Assembly: GCA_024226315.1 (NCBI GenBank)
Contig: JAAELT010000577.1
Coordinates: 12,032 to 76,031, forward strand
Length of the DNA: 64,000 nucleotides
Direction: 5' to 3'
Source: a bacterium
GTDB taxonomy: Bacteria; Acidobacteriota; Thermoanaerobaculia; Multivoradales; J023
Part shown: piece after piece, positions 43,084 to 54,601 of the stretch
How the letters are laid out: every line of letters starts with the position of its first letter
Numbering within the stretch: position 1 is the stretch's first letter
Notes under the pieces: model-generated
The model's input: the letters and a program-made list of their open reading frames with translations, nothing else
Database searches by the model: none
Told to the model about the DNA's origin: nothing
Position numbers and translations under genes: made by a program

Positions 43084-44446
43084 CTCCGGCGTAGATCCGC
43101 AGAAATCGCCGTAGGTTCTCGACGCCGCGCAGGAAGGCGTCGATGGGCACGGCTTCGTCCTTGCCGTGGATGCCGTGCATATCCCGTGCGTTGACGCCGA
43201 AGGGCGAGAAGCCGTAGGCCGGGATGCCGCGCTGGCGAAAGAAGCGGGAGTCGGTGGTGCCCGAGATGAAGGTGGGGACGACCGGCGCGCGCACCGACAA
43301 TGCCTCTTCGAGCGCCAGGTAGATCGGGTGATCGCGCGGCGAAGCCGGGGCCTCGGGGGCTTCGAGCAGCACCTCGATCTCCAGGTCTTCACCCAGCAGC
43401 TCACGCACCTCGGCGAGCAGGGCGCCGGAATCGGTGTCCGGCAGCAGTCGCATGTCGATGTTCGCGACCGCTTCGGGCGAGACGACGTTCGAGCCCCGGG
43501 CGTTGCGGATCTCGGTGACCTGAATGGTGTCGAGAAAGTAGACTGGCAGGCCGGGCGCCATGGGTAGGTTCGGCAGCTCGTCGCCGTCGCCGGCTTCGAT
43601 CAGGCGGTAGATCTCCTCCGCCCGGCCGCCTTCGAGCCGTGCCAGCGTGCCCAGGTACATGCGCGCGGCGTCGGTCACCCGGAAGGTCATCGGGCGCTCG
43701 AGCAGACGGGCCAGACCGGCCACCAGCTTGTGGGTGGCACTGTGCGGGTGCAGGCCCGAAGCGTGCCCGCCGCGGCCGCTGGCGGTGACCCGCAGCCACA
43801 GCGGACGTTTCTGCGTCACCTCGATTCCCCACCAGATCAGCCGGTCGTTGAGCACTCGGTTGGAGCCGCCTTCGTTCAACACCCCCTCGACGCCCTCGAA
43901 CAGCTCGGGATGTGCTTCGAGCAGCCACCGTGCTCCCTGGCCGCCGCCGGCCTCCTCGTCGGCCACCGCCAGCAGGATCACGTCGCGCCCGCGCGTGCCT
44001 CCGGTACGCTTCAGGTCCAGCACCGCGGCGAGCTGGGCGATGCCCAGACCCTTGACGTCGAGGGCACCGCGCCCCCAGACCTTGTCGCGCCAGCGGCGGC
44101 CCGAGAACGGCTCCACCGCCCAGTCGTCGCCAGCCGCCACCACGTCGACGTGGTGCAGTAGCACGATCGCGGGCCGTGGGCCTCCGGGCGCCTCCAGGCG
44201 GGCGTAGAGGCTGGCCCGGCCCTCCGGGCTCTCGAACACCCGGCTGGCGATGCCTTCTCGCTCCAGGATGGCGGCCAGGTAATCTGTGGCTGCGCGCTCG
44301 CCTCCCGGCGGGTTGGTGGTGTCGATCTGGATGTACTCCTGCAGCCAGCCGACGATCTCCTCGGCGGATTCCGACGCCTGGGCGGGAGGAACCTGTAGGA
44401 TCCCCAGCCAGCAGACGAGGGAGAACGAGAGACACCGCGCCGACAT
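43073..44446 (-). CDS. secreted M20/M25/M40-family metallopeptidase (ArgE/DapE/CPG2-like)
   Basis: Signal peptide. HHVDVVAAGDDW. GRGALDVKG. LLAVADEEAGGGQG. Dimerisation-domain-like middle segment. Confidence 0.75.
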   Translation of the reverse strand: MSARCLSFSLVCWLGILQVPPAQASESAEEIVGWLQEYIQIDTTNPPGGERAATDYLAAILEREGIASRVFESPEGRASLYARLEAPGGPRPAIVLLHHVDVVAAGDDWAVEPFSGRRWRDKVWGRGALDVKGLGIAQLAAVLDLKRTGGTRGRDVILLAVADEEAGGGQGARWLLEAHPELFEGVEGVLNEGGSNRVLNDRLIWWGIEVTQKRPLWLRVTASGRGGHASGLHPHSATHKLVAGLARLLERPMTFRVTDAARMYLGTLARLEGGRAEEIYRLIEAGDGDELPNLPMAPGLPVYFLDTIQVTEIRNARGSNVVSPEAVANIDMRLLPDTDSGALLAEVRELLGEDLEIEVLLEAPEAPASPRDHPIYLALEEALSVRAPVVPTFISGTTDSRFFRQRGIPAYGFSPFGVNARDMHGIHGKDEAVPIDAFLRGVENLRRFLRIYAGVTD

Positions 44447-44467
44447 CGGGCGATCTTAGCAAGCATC

Positions 44468-46450
44468 ATGACTGCGAGCCGCCTCTGGCCAAGCCCCACC
44501 CCGCGCTCGCGCATCCTGCTCTGGGTCGCCGTCGCGGCGTTGATCGTCCGCGTCCTGTACTTCGCCGAGCACGCGGGCTCGGCGTTCTTCGAATTCCCGG
44601 TCCTCGACGAGAAGTTTTACGACGCGCTGGCGCGTGCGCTCGTTGCCGGGGACGACGTCTCCCGGCTCAATCCGGGCTTCCGCCCCTGGCTCTATCCGCT
44701 CTACCTGGCCACCTGTTTCCTCACCGGTGGCCAGTGGGACACGGTGCTGGCGCTGCTCGGCCAGCACCTGCTCGGAGTGGTGACGGCGGTGCTGGTCGCC
44801 GATCTGGCGATGCGACTCTTCGGTCGTCCGTCCGCCGGCGCCGTGGCCGGCGCGCTCTACGTGCTGGCCGGCCCGCCGCTGTTCTTCGAGGGCGAGCTGC
44901 TGATCACGGGCCTCTTCACCTTCCTGGGAGCTGCCCTGCTGTGGATCCTCGCCCGCGCCGATCTCGCAGCTTCGAGAGCGCCGGCCTGGTGGCTGGCGGC
45001 TGGCCTGTGGACCGGTCTGGCGGCCCAGGCGCGACCCAACGCCTTGCTCTTCCTGGCCGCTTTCCCGCTCGCCGCGGTGGTCGTCCGCCCCCCGCCCGGT
45101 GCCCTCCGGCGTTGGGCGCTGGCCGGCACGGCCCTGGCGGGTGCGCTGATCACGATGATCGCCTTCGCCGGCATCCAGCACGGCCTGATCGGCCGCTTCC
45201 AGCTGCTCGGCAGCTCGGGCGGCGTCAACTTCTATCTCGGCAACAAGAGCGGCGCCGACGGAATGATCCCGCGCCAGGACCGCCGGGTCACCTACGGCGA
45301 GGAGTATCGTGACTCGGTGCAGGTGTTCGCCTCCCAGCTGTACGTGGAGGAGACCGGCGAGACCGGTACCTCGGCCGAGGTCTCGCGCTACTGGCTGGGC
45401 CGGGCGGTCCAGGACATCGGCGATGATCCCGGGCGCTGGCTTGGCCTCATGGGGCGCAAGGCACTGTTCCTGCTGTGGAACCGCGAGATCCCCAACAACA
45501 AGAGCTACGACTTCGTTCTCGCCGAGGAGTCACGGTTGCTGCGCGTGCTGCCGGTGCGCTGGTGGCTCTTGCTGAGCCTCGGCGCCCTCGGTCTGCTCCA
45601 TGCCTGGCGTGGCGGCGATCGGCGGCTGCTGTTCTGGATCGCCACGTTCCTCGCCCTCCACGGTGCAGGCATCGTGCTGTTCTTCGTCAACAGTCGCTAC
45701 CGGATTCCGATGTGGCCGGCGATGGCGGTGCTCGCCGCCGGTGGCGTGCTGGCCCTCCTCGACCTGGCGCGGCGCCGGGCGCGGGCGGATCTGGGCGTGG
45801 CTCTCGCCGTCGCCGTCGGTGTGGCCTCGATCTCGCTGGTCAACTGGCTCCAGGTCGAGCCGCCGAGCTTCGCGCGAGACTATTTCTTCCGCTCCCTGGC
45901 CCAGCTGGAGAAGGGCCGGCTCGAGGAAGCTCGGGCAGACGCCGAGCGCAGCGTGGAGCTCGATCCGGCGGATCCGGCAGCGCGCTTCCAACTCGGCAAC
46001 GTGATGCTGGCGCTGGGCGACGACGAGGTCGCTTACCGCCACTACAGCATTGCTTCCGGCCTGTCACCACCCGAGCCCAGGATCCTCAACAACCTCGGTG
46101 TCATCCTGGAGCGGCGCGGCCGTCTCAGCATGGCATACGACCACTACCTGAAAGCCCTCCGGATCACCAGTGACTACGCTCCGGCGCTGATCAATGCTGC
46201 CCTGATCGAGCTGCGAGGTGGTCTGCTCGACGTCGCGGAGCAGAAGATCGTGCGTGCCGAGGCACTGGGCGTCGAGTCGGTGCAGCTGCTCTGCGCCCGC
46301 GCATTCCTGGAGCGCGACAGCGGCCGCGAGGACTCGGCGGCGAAGATCCTCGACGCCGCCCGCGCCGAGGATCCCGAGGCGGTCGAGCGCCTGGTGGAGG
46401 AGAACCGCCGGCGCCTGGTGCCGAAGCGGCCGGGCGAAGACGCTCGCTGA
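44468..46450 (+). CDS. PMT/GT39-like (ArnT-type) membrane glycosyltransferase with C-terminal TPR repeats
   Basis: Multiple TM helices with an early loop YFAEHAGSAFFEFPVLDEKFYDALARAL (DE-containing). C-terminal TPR repeats follow (ARFQLGNVMLALGD..., NLGVILERRGRL...). Confidence 0.7.
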   Translation: MTASRLWPSPTPRSRILLWVAVAALIVRVLYFAEHAGSAFFEFPVLDEKFYDALARALVAGDDVSRLNPGFRPWLYPLYLATCFLTGGQWDTVLALLGQHLLGVVTAVLVADLAMRLFGRPSAGAVAGALYVLAGPPLFFEGELLITGLFTFLGAALLWILARADLAASRAPAWWLAAGLWTGLAAQARPNALLFLAAFPLAAVVVRPPPGALRRWALAGTALAGALITMIAFAGIQHGLIGRFQLLGSSGGVNFYLGNKSGADGMIPRQDRRVTYGEEYRDSVQVFASQLYVEETGETGTSAEVSRYWLGRAVQDIGDDPGRWLGLMGRKALFLLWNREIPNNKSYDFVLAEESRLLRVLPVRWWLLLSLGALGLLHAWRGGDRRLLFWIATFLALHGAGIVLFFVNSRYRIPMWPAMAVLAAGGVLALLDLARRRARADLGVALAVAVGVASISLVNWLQVEPPSFARDYFFRSLAQLEKGRLEEARADAERSVELDPADPAARFQLGNVMLALGDDEVAYRHYSIASGLSPPEPRILNNLGVILERRGRLSMAYDHYLKALRITSDYAPALINAALIELRGGLLDVAEQKIVRAEALGVESVQLLCARAFLERDSGREDSAAKILDAARAEDPEAVERLVEENRRRLVPKRPGEDAR

Positions 46451-46580
46451 GCGTCTTCCGACCCGGGGAGCGGGAACCGGCGCCCGCGCCGAGGGGTCGA
46501 AGCAAGCAGTAGGAGACGCCACTGGGCTCGGCGACGAGCCTGCAACCGCGGCCCCCACTGCACGCTTGAAGGAGCTCGAA

Positions 46581-47303
46581 ATGAGGGAAGAGAACCGATC
46601 CGTTCCAATCCGTTCCGATGCCGATGTGGGAGGCGCCGAGTTCTCGGCGTTCGTCCTCGAGGATGCCGCCGACAACCGGGCGCTGAAGTCCGCGTTCTGG
46701 GTGGCGGTGGCATTCCACCTGATCCTGGTGTTGATCACCTTCCCCTCCCTGGGCGGCCAGCCGATGATGGAGGAGGAGTCCGATAAAAAGGTCTTCCTGG
46801 TGCAGAGCTACCGGTACAAGGTGCCGCCACCACCACCGCCGCCGGACATTCCGGAGAAGAGGGTCGAGCGCATGCCGATGCCCGATCCCACCCCCGACGA
46901 CCCCGAGCCCCTGAACCTCGACGATCCGCCGCCCGAGGTCGAGCTCGACCTCGATACCGACGTCAACCTGTTCGCCTTTCCCGAGGCGCCGCCGCCCCTG
47001 GACGAGCAAGTCGGACCGCTGGTCGTGGCCGGCGAAGTGATCAAGCCGGAGAAGACCTACGCTCCCCAGCCGCAGTACACCGAGATCGCTCGCAAGGCGC
47101 GGATCCAGGGCGTGGTAATCGTTCAGGCGATCATCGACCGCGAGGGCAACGTCACCAACGTCAAGGTGCTGCGCGGACAACCGATGGGGTTGTCCGAGGA
47201 GGCGGTCAAGGCGATCAAGCAGTGGAAGTTCAAGCCCGCCACCCTGCGCGGCAAGCCGGTGGACGTCTACTTCAACCTGACAGTGAACTTCAAGCTGCAG
47301 TAG
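46581..47303 (+). CDS. TonB-family protein (Pro-rich spacer and C-terminal TonB domain)
   Basis: TM AFWVAVAFHLILVLITF. PPPPPPPD tract. C-terminus PQYTEIARKARIQGVVIVQAIIDREGNVTNVKVLRGQPMGLSEEAVKAIKQWKFKP. GAAGGAG RBS. Confidence 0.75.
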   Translation: MREENRSVPIRSDADVGGAEFSAFVLEDAADNRALKSAFWVAVAFHLILVLITFPSLGGQPMMEEESDKKVFLVQSYRYKVPPPPPPPDIPEKRVERMPMPDPTPDDPEPLNLDDPPPEVELDLDTDVNLFAFPEAPPPLDEQVGPLVVAGEVIKPEKTYAPQPQYTEIARKARIQGVVIVQAIIDREGNVTNVKVLRGQPMGLSEEAVKAIKQWKFKPATLRGKPVDVYFNLTVNFKLQ

Positions 47304-47339
47304 CGCGCAGGAGCCCCGCAGGAGCCCCGCTGGGGCTCT

Positions 47340-49052
<1,713 letters not shown>

Positions 49053-49431
49053 ATCGATTCTCCTAGTCTGCGACCCGGCTTGCAGGATTCCCGGGCCGGC
49101 ATGGCGTTTCGAGCCATCCGGTCGATCGTCCCCACGCGGGTGCTGTTGCCGGAGTCTCTCTCCCGAAGGGACACCCCCAAAACGACACCGAGATCACTGC
49201 CGATCCCACGCCGTTTTCGTGATTGGCCCAGCTGAAGAGAGGGGGGGAGGATGAGATACTGGGCTCCCCTCACGCATCCTATCACAGCCCCCTGAAATCC
49301 GACAGTCCGAATTTCGATTGGTTCTCGCGGGCCTGATTTTGACATGCCGAGATCTTTCGGGAGGTCGCGATCGGTGGCTGGGGCTCGGAGAGAGAGACCT
49401 CCGAGGAGGGAGTCGGACGGGCAGGGGACGG

Positions 49432-49647
49432 CTAGCTTCGAGGTGGCGGCCTCACGTCCGCCCAGGTGTCGCACACCCGGCGCATGCGGCGAGGCTCTTC
49501 GTCCTCCAGAGCCTCTTCGGTGAAACGGGAGACTTCGGATTCATCCACGTGTGCCTGACGCAGCGCCAGACGCACCGCGCTGACCAGCGCGTACGGGTTG
49601 CGGCTGCGCAGCCTGACGTGGATTTCGGGATAGCGGGGGGCCATCAT
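49432..49647 (-). CDS. small conserved-looking hypothetical protein (71 aa) upstream of rpoD
   Basis: MMAPRYPEIHVRLRSRNPYALVSAVRLALRQAHVDESEVSRFTEEAL. Plausible coding bias. No family assigned. Confidence 0.35.
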   Translation of the reverse strand: MMAPRYPEIHVRLRSRNPYALVSAVRLALRQAHVDESEVSRFTEEALEDEEPRRMRRVCDTWADVRPPPRS

Positions 49648-49818
49648 GCGTCACTCTGCCGTGCCGTTTAGACTCGGCGACCTGCCAAAAAAGTTCCGAA
49701 TCTCGGTCCGGGGTCTCGAAAACCCGATCAGACCGCCCTTCACAGAGTTCCTACCGATCTGGAAGCAAACTCCGTTCCAGGCGAGGACCGTGGATTTCGC
49801 GGCTCCTCGAGCGACTGG

Positions 49819-49838
49819 CTGTCCCGATCTAGGGACAG
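49819..49838. promoter_or_regulatory. perfect palindrome CTGTCCC-GATCTA-GGGACAG in the lower-GC promoter region of the efflux operon; candidate operator
   Basis: The palindrome is read directly from the sequence. It lies about 175 bp upstream of the membrane-fusion-protein start codon, in a 360-bp AT-richer intergenic stretch. Confidence 0.35.
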
Positions 49839-50013
49839 TCATGCTCGAGATCGGGCGAACTTTTTGGTCTGCCATGGCGTCTAAGAAGTGTGAGGACAGA
49901 CCTCCAGAAAGAAGACGCGGCGTGGCGTAACAAACCCGCGCCCGTGCCGTATGAGATACCAGAGCACACACTGGAGCAACCCGCGAGGCTCCTTGAAACG
50001 TGGGGAGAACGAC

Positions 50014-51216
50014 ATGAGCGACACCACTTCGAAGAAGAGATTCCCGGCCGTCTCGATCATCGCCGGGTTGGTAATAGCCGCAGTTTTGGGCTTCTACGCC
50101 TTCGACGCCGCCAAAGCCAACGGCGAAACCAGCAACGACGACAGCGCCGAGGCGGCTGAGGACGGCGAAGAGAAAGACAGCGAAGACAAAGACGACGAGG
50201 GCGAAGACGGGGAAGAAAAGAAGAAGACACCGATCCCGGTCGAGGCTGCCGCCACCCTGAGCGGCCGCATCTCCTCTTATATCTCCGCCACCGCCAACCT
50301 GGTGCCGGAGAGCGAGGTCCGGATCCTCGCCGAATGGGAGGGGCGCCTGGCCAAGCTCAACGTCGAGGAGGGCGACCGCATCAAGAAAGGCCAGGTGCTG
50401 GCCGAGCTGGCGCGCCAGGACGGTGAGATCACCCTCAACAAGGCCAAGCTCAAGGAGTCGACCAGCCGTCTGGCCTACGAGCGCGCCGAGCGCCTGAAGG
50501 CCCAGGAGCTGATCAGCCCCGAGGAGTTCGACAAGATCGCGCTCGACCACGAGATCGCCGGCCAGGAGCTGGCCGAGGCCGAGTGGAAGCACGAAAAGAC
50601 CCTGATCCGCTCGCCTTTCACCGGCCGCGTCACCGAGCGCATGGTGCAGCCGGGCCAGCACGTGCGCCCGGGTGACGAGCTGTTCACCGTCGCCGATTTC
50701 GACCCGCTGATCGCCCGTATCTTCCTGCCCGAGCGCGACGTCCTGACGCTCGACGAAGGGCGCGGCGTGCGCATCGCCCTGCGCGCCGATGCCGGCATCG
50801 AGTTCGACGGCCGTATCCGCCAGATCAGCCCGGTGGTCGACACCGCCACCGGCACGGTGAAGATCACCGTCGAGGCCCGTTCGGTGCCGGCCGCGGTACG
50901 TCCGGGAGCCTTCGTGCGCATCGACATCGTGCGCGACTCGATCGCCGACGCGGTGCTGATGCCGCGCGAGGCGGTGATCCGCGAGCTGCAGAACGCCTAC
51001 GTCTTCGTCGCCACCGACGGTCACGCCGAGAAGCGGACGGTGACCCTGGGCCTCGAGGAGGAAGACCACATCCAGGCAGTCTCCGGCGTCGAGGAGGGCG
51101 AGCAGGTGATCGTCGCCGGTCAGGGCGGCCTCAAGGACGGCTCGGTGGTCAAGCTGATGGGCGCCGAAGCAGAAGCCGAAGCGGGTGAAGAGCCCGCCGA
51201 GGCCACCGTCAGCTAG
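50014..51216 (+). CDS. RND efflux membrane fusion protein (periplasmic adaptor, HlyD/AcrA family)
   Basis: N-terminal TM AVSIIAGLVIAAVLGFYAF. Lipoyl/hairpin region RIKKGQVLAEL...EAEWKHEKTLIRSPFTGRV. Acidic Glu/Asp-rich linker. The stop lies 10 bp before the RND pump. Confidence 0.85.
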   Translation: MSDTTSKKRFPAVSIIAGLVIAAVLGFYAFDAAKANGETSNDDSAEAAEDGEEKDSEDKDDEGEDGEEKKKTPIPVEAAATLSGRISSYISATANLVPESEVRILAEWEGRLAKLNVEEGDRIKKGQVLAELARQDGEITLNKAKLKESTSRLAYERAERLKAQELISPEEFDKIALDHEIAGQELAEAEWKHEKTLIRSPFTGRVTERMVQPGQHVRPGDELFTVADFDPLIARIFLPERDVLTLDEGRGVRIALRADAGIEFDGRIRQISPVVDTATGTVKITVEARSVPAAVRPGAFVRIDIVRDSIADAVLMPREAVIRELQNAYVFVATDGHAEKRTVTLGLEEEDHIQAVSGVEEGEQVIVAGQGGLKDGSVVKLMGAEAEAEAGEEPAEATVS

Positions 51217-51226
51217 GGGCGCGCAC

Positions 51227-54200
51227 ATGAAGATCATCGAGTTCTTCATCAAGCGACGGGTCGCCGTCGCCATGGCGGCGATCGCCGTCTCGATGTTCGG
51301 CGCTGTGGCCTTCAGCCGCCTGCAGATCAACCTGCTGCCGGATATTTCCTACCCCAGCCTGACTGTCGAAAGCCGCTTCCCCGGCGCCGCGCCGGCGGAG
51401 GTCGAGTCGCTGCTCACCCGCCAGATCGAAGAGGCGGTGGGGGTGGTGGCCGGCGTGCAGCGCCTGACCTCGGTGTCGCGGCCCGGTTTGTCGCAGGTGA
51501 CGCTCGAGTTCGACTGGGGCCGCAACATGGATTTCGCGGCGCTCGACGTGCGCCAGAAGCTCGACCTGGTGCCCCTGCCGCGGGAGTCCTCCAAACCCGT
51601 GCTGCTGCGCTTCGATCCGTCCAACGATCCGATCATGCGGCTCTACCTCTCCGGTACCGAAGATCTTTTCCAGCTGCGCTACCTCGGCGAGGAGGTGCTG
51701 AAGAAGGACCTCGAATCCACCGAGGGAGTGGCCGCGATCAAAGTGGCCGGAGGCTACGAGGAAGAGATCCAGGTGCAGGTCGACGAGGGCAAGTTGGCGC
51801 TGCTGGGGCTCGACATCGGTGCCGTGCGCGACCGCCTGGCGCAGGAGAACATCAACCAGGCGGGGGGCAGCCTGTACGAGAAGGAGGCCCGCTACCTGGT
51901 GCGCTCACGCAACGAGTTCGAGCGCCTGGACGACATCCTGGAGACGGTGCTGTTCGCCGAGGGCGGCCGTATCGTCACCCTGGCGGACGTCGCTACCGTC
52001 GAGCGCGGCCACCGGCAGCGCGAGGTGGTGACGCGTTTCGACGGCGACGAGGCCGTCGAGCTGGCGATCTACAAGGAGGGCGACGCCAACACCGTGCAGG
52101 TGGCCAGGGCGTTGCGCGCCCGGCTGGAGAACGCCTCCGAGGAGCTGCCGGAAGGGATCGCCATCGCCGCCGGCACCGATCAGTCCGGCTTTATCCAGGC
52201 GTCGATCCGCGAGGTGCTGAACAACGCCGCCCTGGGCGGTGCCATCGCCATCCTGATCCTGCTGCTGTTCCTCAAGAACCCGCGCTCGACCCTGATCATC
52301 GGCGTCTCGATCCCGCTGTCGGTGATCGCCACCTTCTTCCTCATGTACCAGACCGGCACGTCGCTCAACATCATGTCCCTGGGCGGCCTCGCCCTGGGCA
52401 TCGGCATGTTGGTGGACAACGCCATCGTGGTCTTGGAGGCGATCTCCAAGCGTCACGAGCTCGGCGACAGCGCTTTCGAGGCGGCGCGCAACGGCACGGC
52501 AGAGGTGGGCAAGGCGGTGGTCGCCTCGACGCTCACCACCGTCGCGGTATTCGTGCCGGTGGTCTTCTTGCAGGGCGTGGCGGCGCAGCTCTTCCGTGAC
52601 CAGGCGCTGACCGTGTCGTTCTCGCTCATCGCCTCGCTGGTCGTGTCGCTGACCCTGATCCCGATGCTCGCCGCCCTGATCACCGGCCGGCGCGAGAAGC
52701 ACGCGGTCGCCCCGGCACCGCCGATCGAGGAGAGCCGCAAGTCCATGCGGTGGGCCAAGAAGAGCGCCCGCTTCGTGTTCGTCACCATGCCGTCGTATCT
52801 CGTATTCGGCGTACGCTTCGTCTTGCGCTGGACCGGTTGGCTGCTGGCCTTCCTCACCCGGCCGGTGGGCAAGGTGTTCGACGCTGGCATGGGCGTGCTG
52901 TCGTCCCTCTACCCCAAGACCCTGCGTTGGGCGCTGGGCGCCCGCGGCACGGTGCTGGCGGTGGCGGTCCTGGCGTTCGCCGGCGCCGTCTGGCTGGTGC
53001 CGACCCTCGGGCTCGACCTGATCCCGACCCTGTCGCAGGGCGAGTTCAGCTTCCGCGTCGAGCTGCCGGAAGGCACGCCTCTTCCGGCCACCGACCGCTT
53101 CATCGACGACGTGCAGACGGTGCTCGCAGGCGACGAGCGCATCGAGTCGTTCTCATCGATCACCGGCGGCGCCGGCTTGTCGCTGTCGAACACCGGCACC
53201 GAGGGCGAGAACGTCGCCCGCATCCAGGTGCGGATGAAGTCGGGCACCACCGCGGCCCAAGAGCAGGCGGTCGCCGCCAACCTGCGCGAGCGGCTCGAGG
53301 GCGCCGCCGAGGCGCACTTCAAGTTCGAACGGCCGTCGGTCTTCACCTTCCGTACGCCGGTCGAGGTGGAGGTCTACAGCGACAGCCTGGCTGACCTGCA
53401 GACCGCGGCCAGCGCGCTGCGCGACCGGATCGAGGACGTGCCCGGCGTGGTCGACCTCGAGTCCTCCGCCGAGCTCGGCAACCCCGAGCTGCAGGTGACC
53501 TTCAACCGCGAGCAGCTGGTGCAGCTGGGCCTGGATCTCAGCCAGGTCGCCGCCACCGTGCGCAACAAGATTCAGGGCGACGTCGCCACCCGATTCACCG
53601 AAGGAGATCGTGAGATCGACATCCTGGTGCGCTCGATGGAGGCCGGAGAGGCGACCGTCGACCAGGTCGGTGACCTGATCATCGGTCAGCGCGAGGTGGG
53701 TGGCTCACGGATGATCACCGAGCGCACCCAGTTCGGCATCCTGGTGGACCGCGAGATCGCCACCGGCCGCGCCCAGAGCGTGCCGATCCGGCTCAAGTCG
53801 GTGGCCGACATCAAGCTGGTGGACGGCCCGAGTGAAATCCGTAGGATCGGCCAGAAGCGCGCGGCGGTGATCTCGGGCAACCTCGCCGGCCGTGACATGG
53901 GCGCCGTGGCCGTCGACCTCGAGCGCACCATTCGCGACGAGGCCCTGCCGCTCTCCGCCACCGCCGAGGTAGGCGGCCAGCAAGAGGAGATGGCGCGCTC
54001 GATCCGCTCGCTGCTGATGGCCCTGGCGCTGGCGATCTTCCTCGTCTACCTGGTGATGGCCTCGCTGTTCGAATCGTTCCTGCATCCCTTCGTGATCATC
54101 TTCACCCTGCCCCTGGCGGCGATCGGCGTGATCGTTTCGCTGGCCGCCACCGGTAATACCGTCAACGTCGTCGCCCTGATCGGCGCGGTGATGTTGGCCG

Positions 54201-54586
54201 GGATCGTGGTCAACAACGCCATCGTGCTGATCGACGCGGTCAACCGGTTGCGGCGCGAGGAGGGCCTGTCCAAGCACGAGGCCCTGATCGAGGCCGGCTC
54301 GCGGCGCCTGCGGCCGATCCTGATGACCTCGGCGACCACCATCTTCGGCCTGCTGCCGATGGCCATGGGTCTGGGCGAGGGCGCCGAGCTGCGGGCGCCG
54401 CTGGCGATCACCGTCGTCGGCGGTCTGGCGATGGCCACGCTGTTGACGCTGATCGTCATCCCGGTGGTCTACTCGTTGCTCGACCGCACGGTGATGGTGG
54501 CGGACGAAGCGGCCCGGACCACGCCGACGGGCGATCAGGCGCCGCGCCTCGGCGCGGTCGCAAAACCCGCCGAGGCGGCGGGGTAG
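51227..54586 (+). CDS. RND efflux transporter permease (AcrB/HAE1 family), first of tandem pair (MdtB-like)
   Basis: MKIIEFFIKRRVAVAMAAIAVSMFGAVAFSRLQINLLPDISYP is the typical N-terminus. 12 TM helices and two large periplasmic loops. About 1119 aa. Confidence 0.9.
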   Translation: MKIIEFFIKRRVAVAMAAIAVSMFGAVAFSRLQINLLPDISYPSLTVESRFPGAAPAEVESLLTRQIEEAVGVVAGVQRLTSVSRPGLSQVTLEFDWGRNMDFAALDVRQKLDLVPLPRESSKPVLLRFDPSNDPIMRLYLSGTEDLFQLRYLGEEVLKKDLESTEGVAAIKVAGGYEEEIQVQVDEGKLALLGLDIGAVRDRLAQENINQAGGSLYEKEARYLVRSRNEFERLDDILETVLFAEGGRIVTLADVATVERGHRQREVVTRFDGDEAVELAIYKEGDANTVQVARALRARLENASEELPEGIAIAAGTDQSGFIQASIREVLNNAALGGAIAILILLLFLKNPRSTLIIGVSIPLSVIATFFLMYQTGTSLNIMSLGGLALGIGMLVDNAIVVLEAISKRHELGDSAFEAARNGTAEVGKAVVASTLTTVAVFVPVVFLQGVAAQLFRDQALTVSFSLIASLVVSLTLIPMLAALITGRREKHAVAPAPPIEESRKSMRWAKKSARFVFVTMPSYLVFGVRFVLRWTGWLLAFLTRPVGKVFDAGMGVLSSLYPKTLRWALGARGTVLAVAVLAFAGAVWLVPTLGLDLIPTLSQGEFSFRVELPEGTPLPATDRFIDDVQTVLAGDERIESFSSITGGAGLSLSNTGTEGENVARIQVRMKSGTTAAQEQAVAANLRERLEGAAEAHFKFERPSVFTFRTPVEVEVYSDSLADLQTAASALRDRIEDVPGVVDLESSAELGNPELQVTFNREQLVQLGLDLSQVAATVRNKIQGDVATRFTEGDREIDILVRSMEAGEATVDQVGDLIIGQREVGGSRMITERTQFGILVDREIATGRAQSVPIRLKSVADIKLVDGPSEIRRIGQKRAAVISGNLAGRDMGAVAVDLERTIRDEALPLSATAEVGGQQEEMARSIRSLLMALALAIFLVYLVMASLFESFLHPFVIIFTLPLAAIGVIVSLAATGNTVNVVALIGAVMLAGIVVNNAIVLIDAVNRLRREEGLSKHEALIEAGSRRLRPILMTSATTIFGLLPMAMGLGEGAELRAPLAITVVGGLAMATLLTLIVIPVVYSLLDRTVMVADEAARTTPTGDQAPRLGAVAKPAEAAG

Positions 54587-54601
54587 AGAAAGGGGCATGC
54601 C

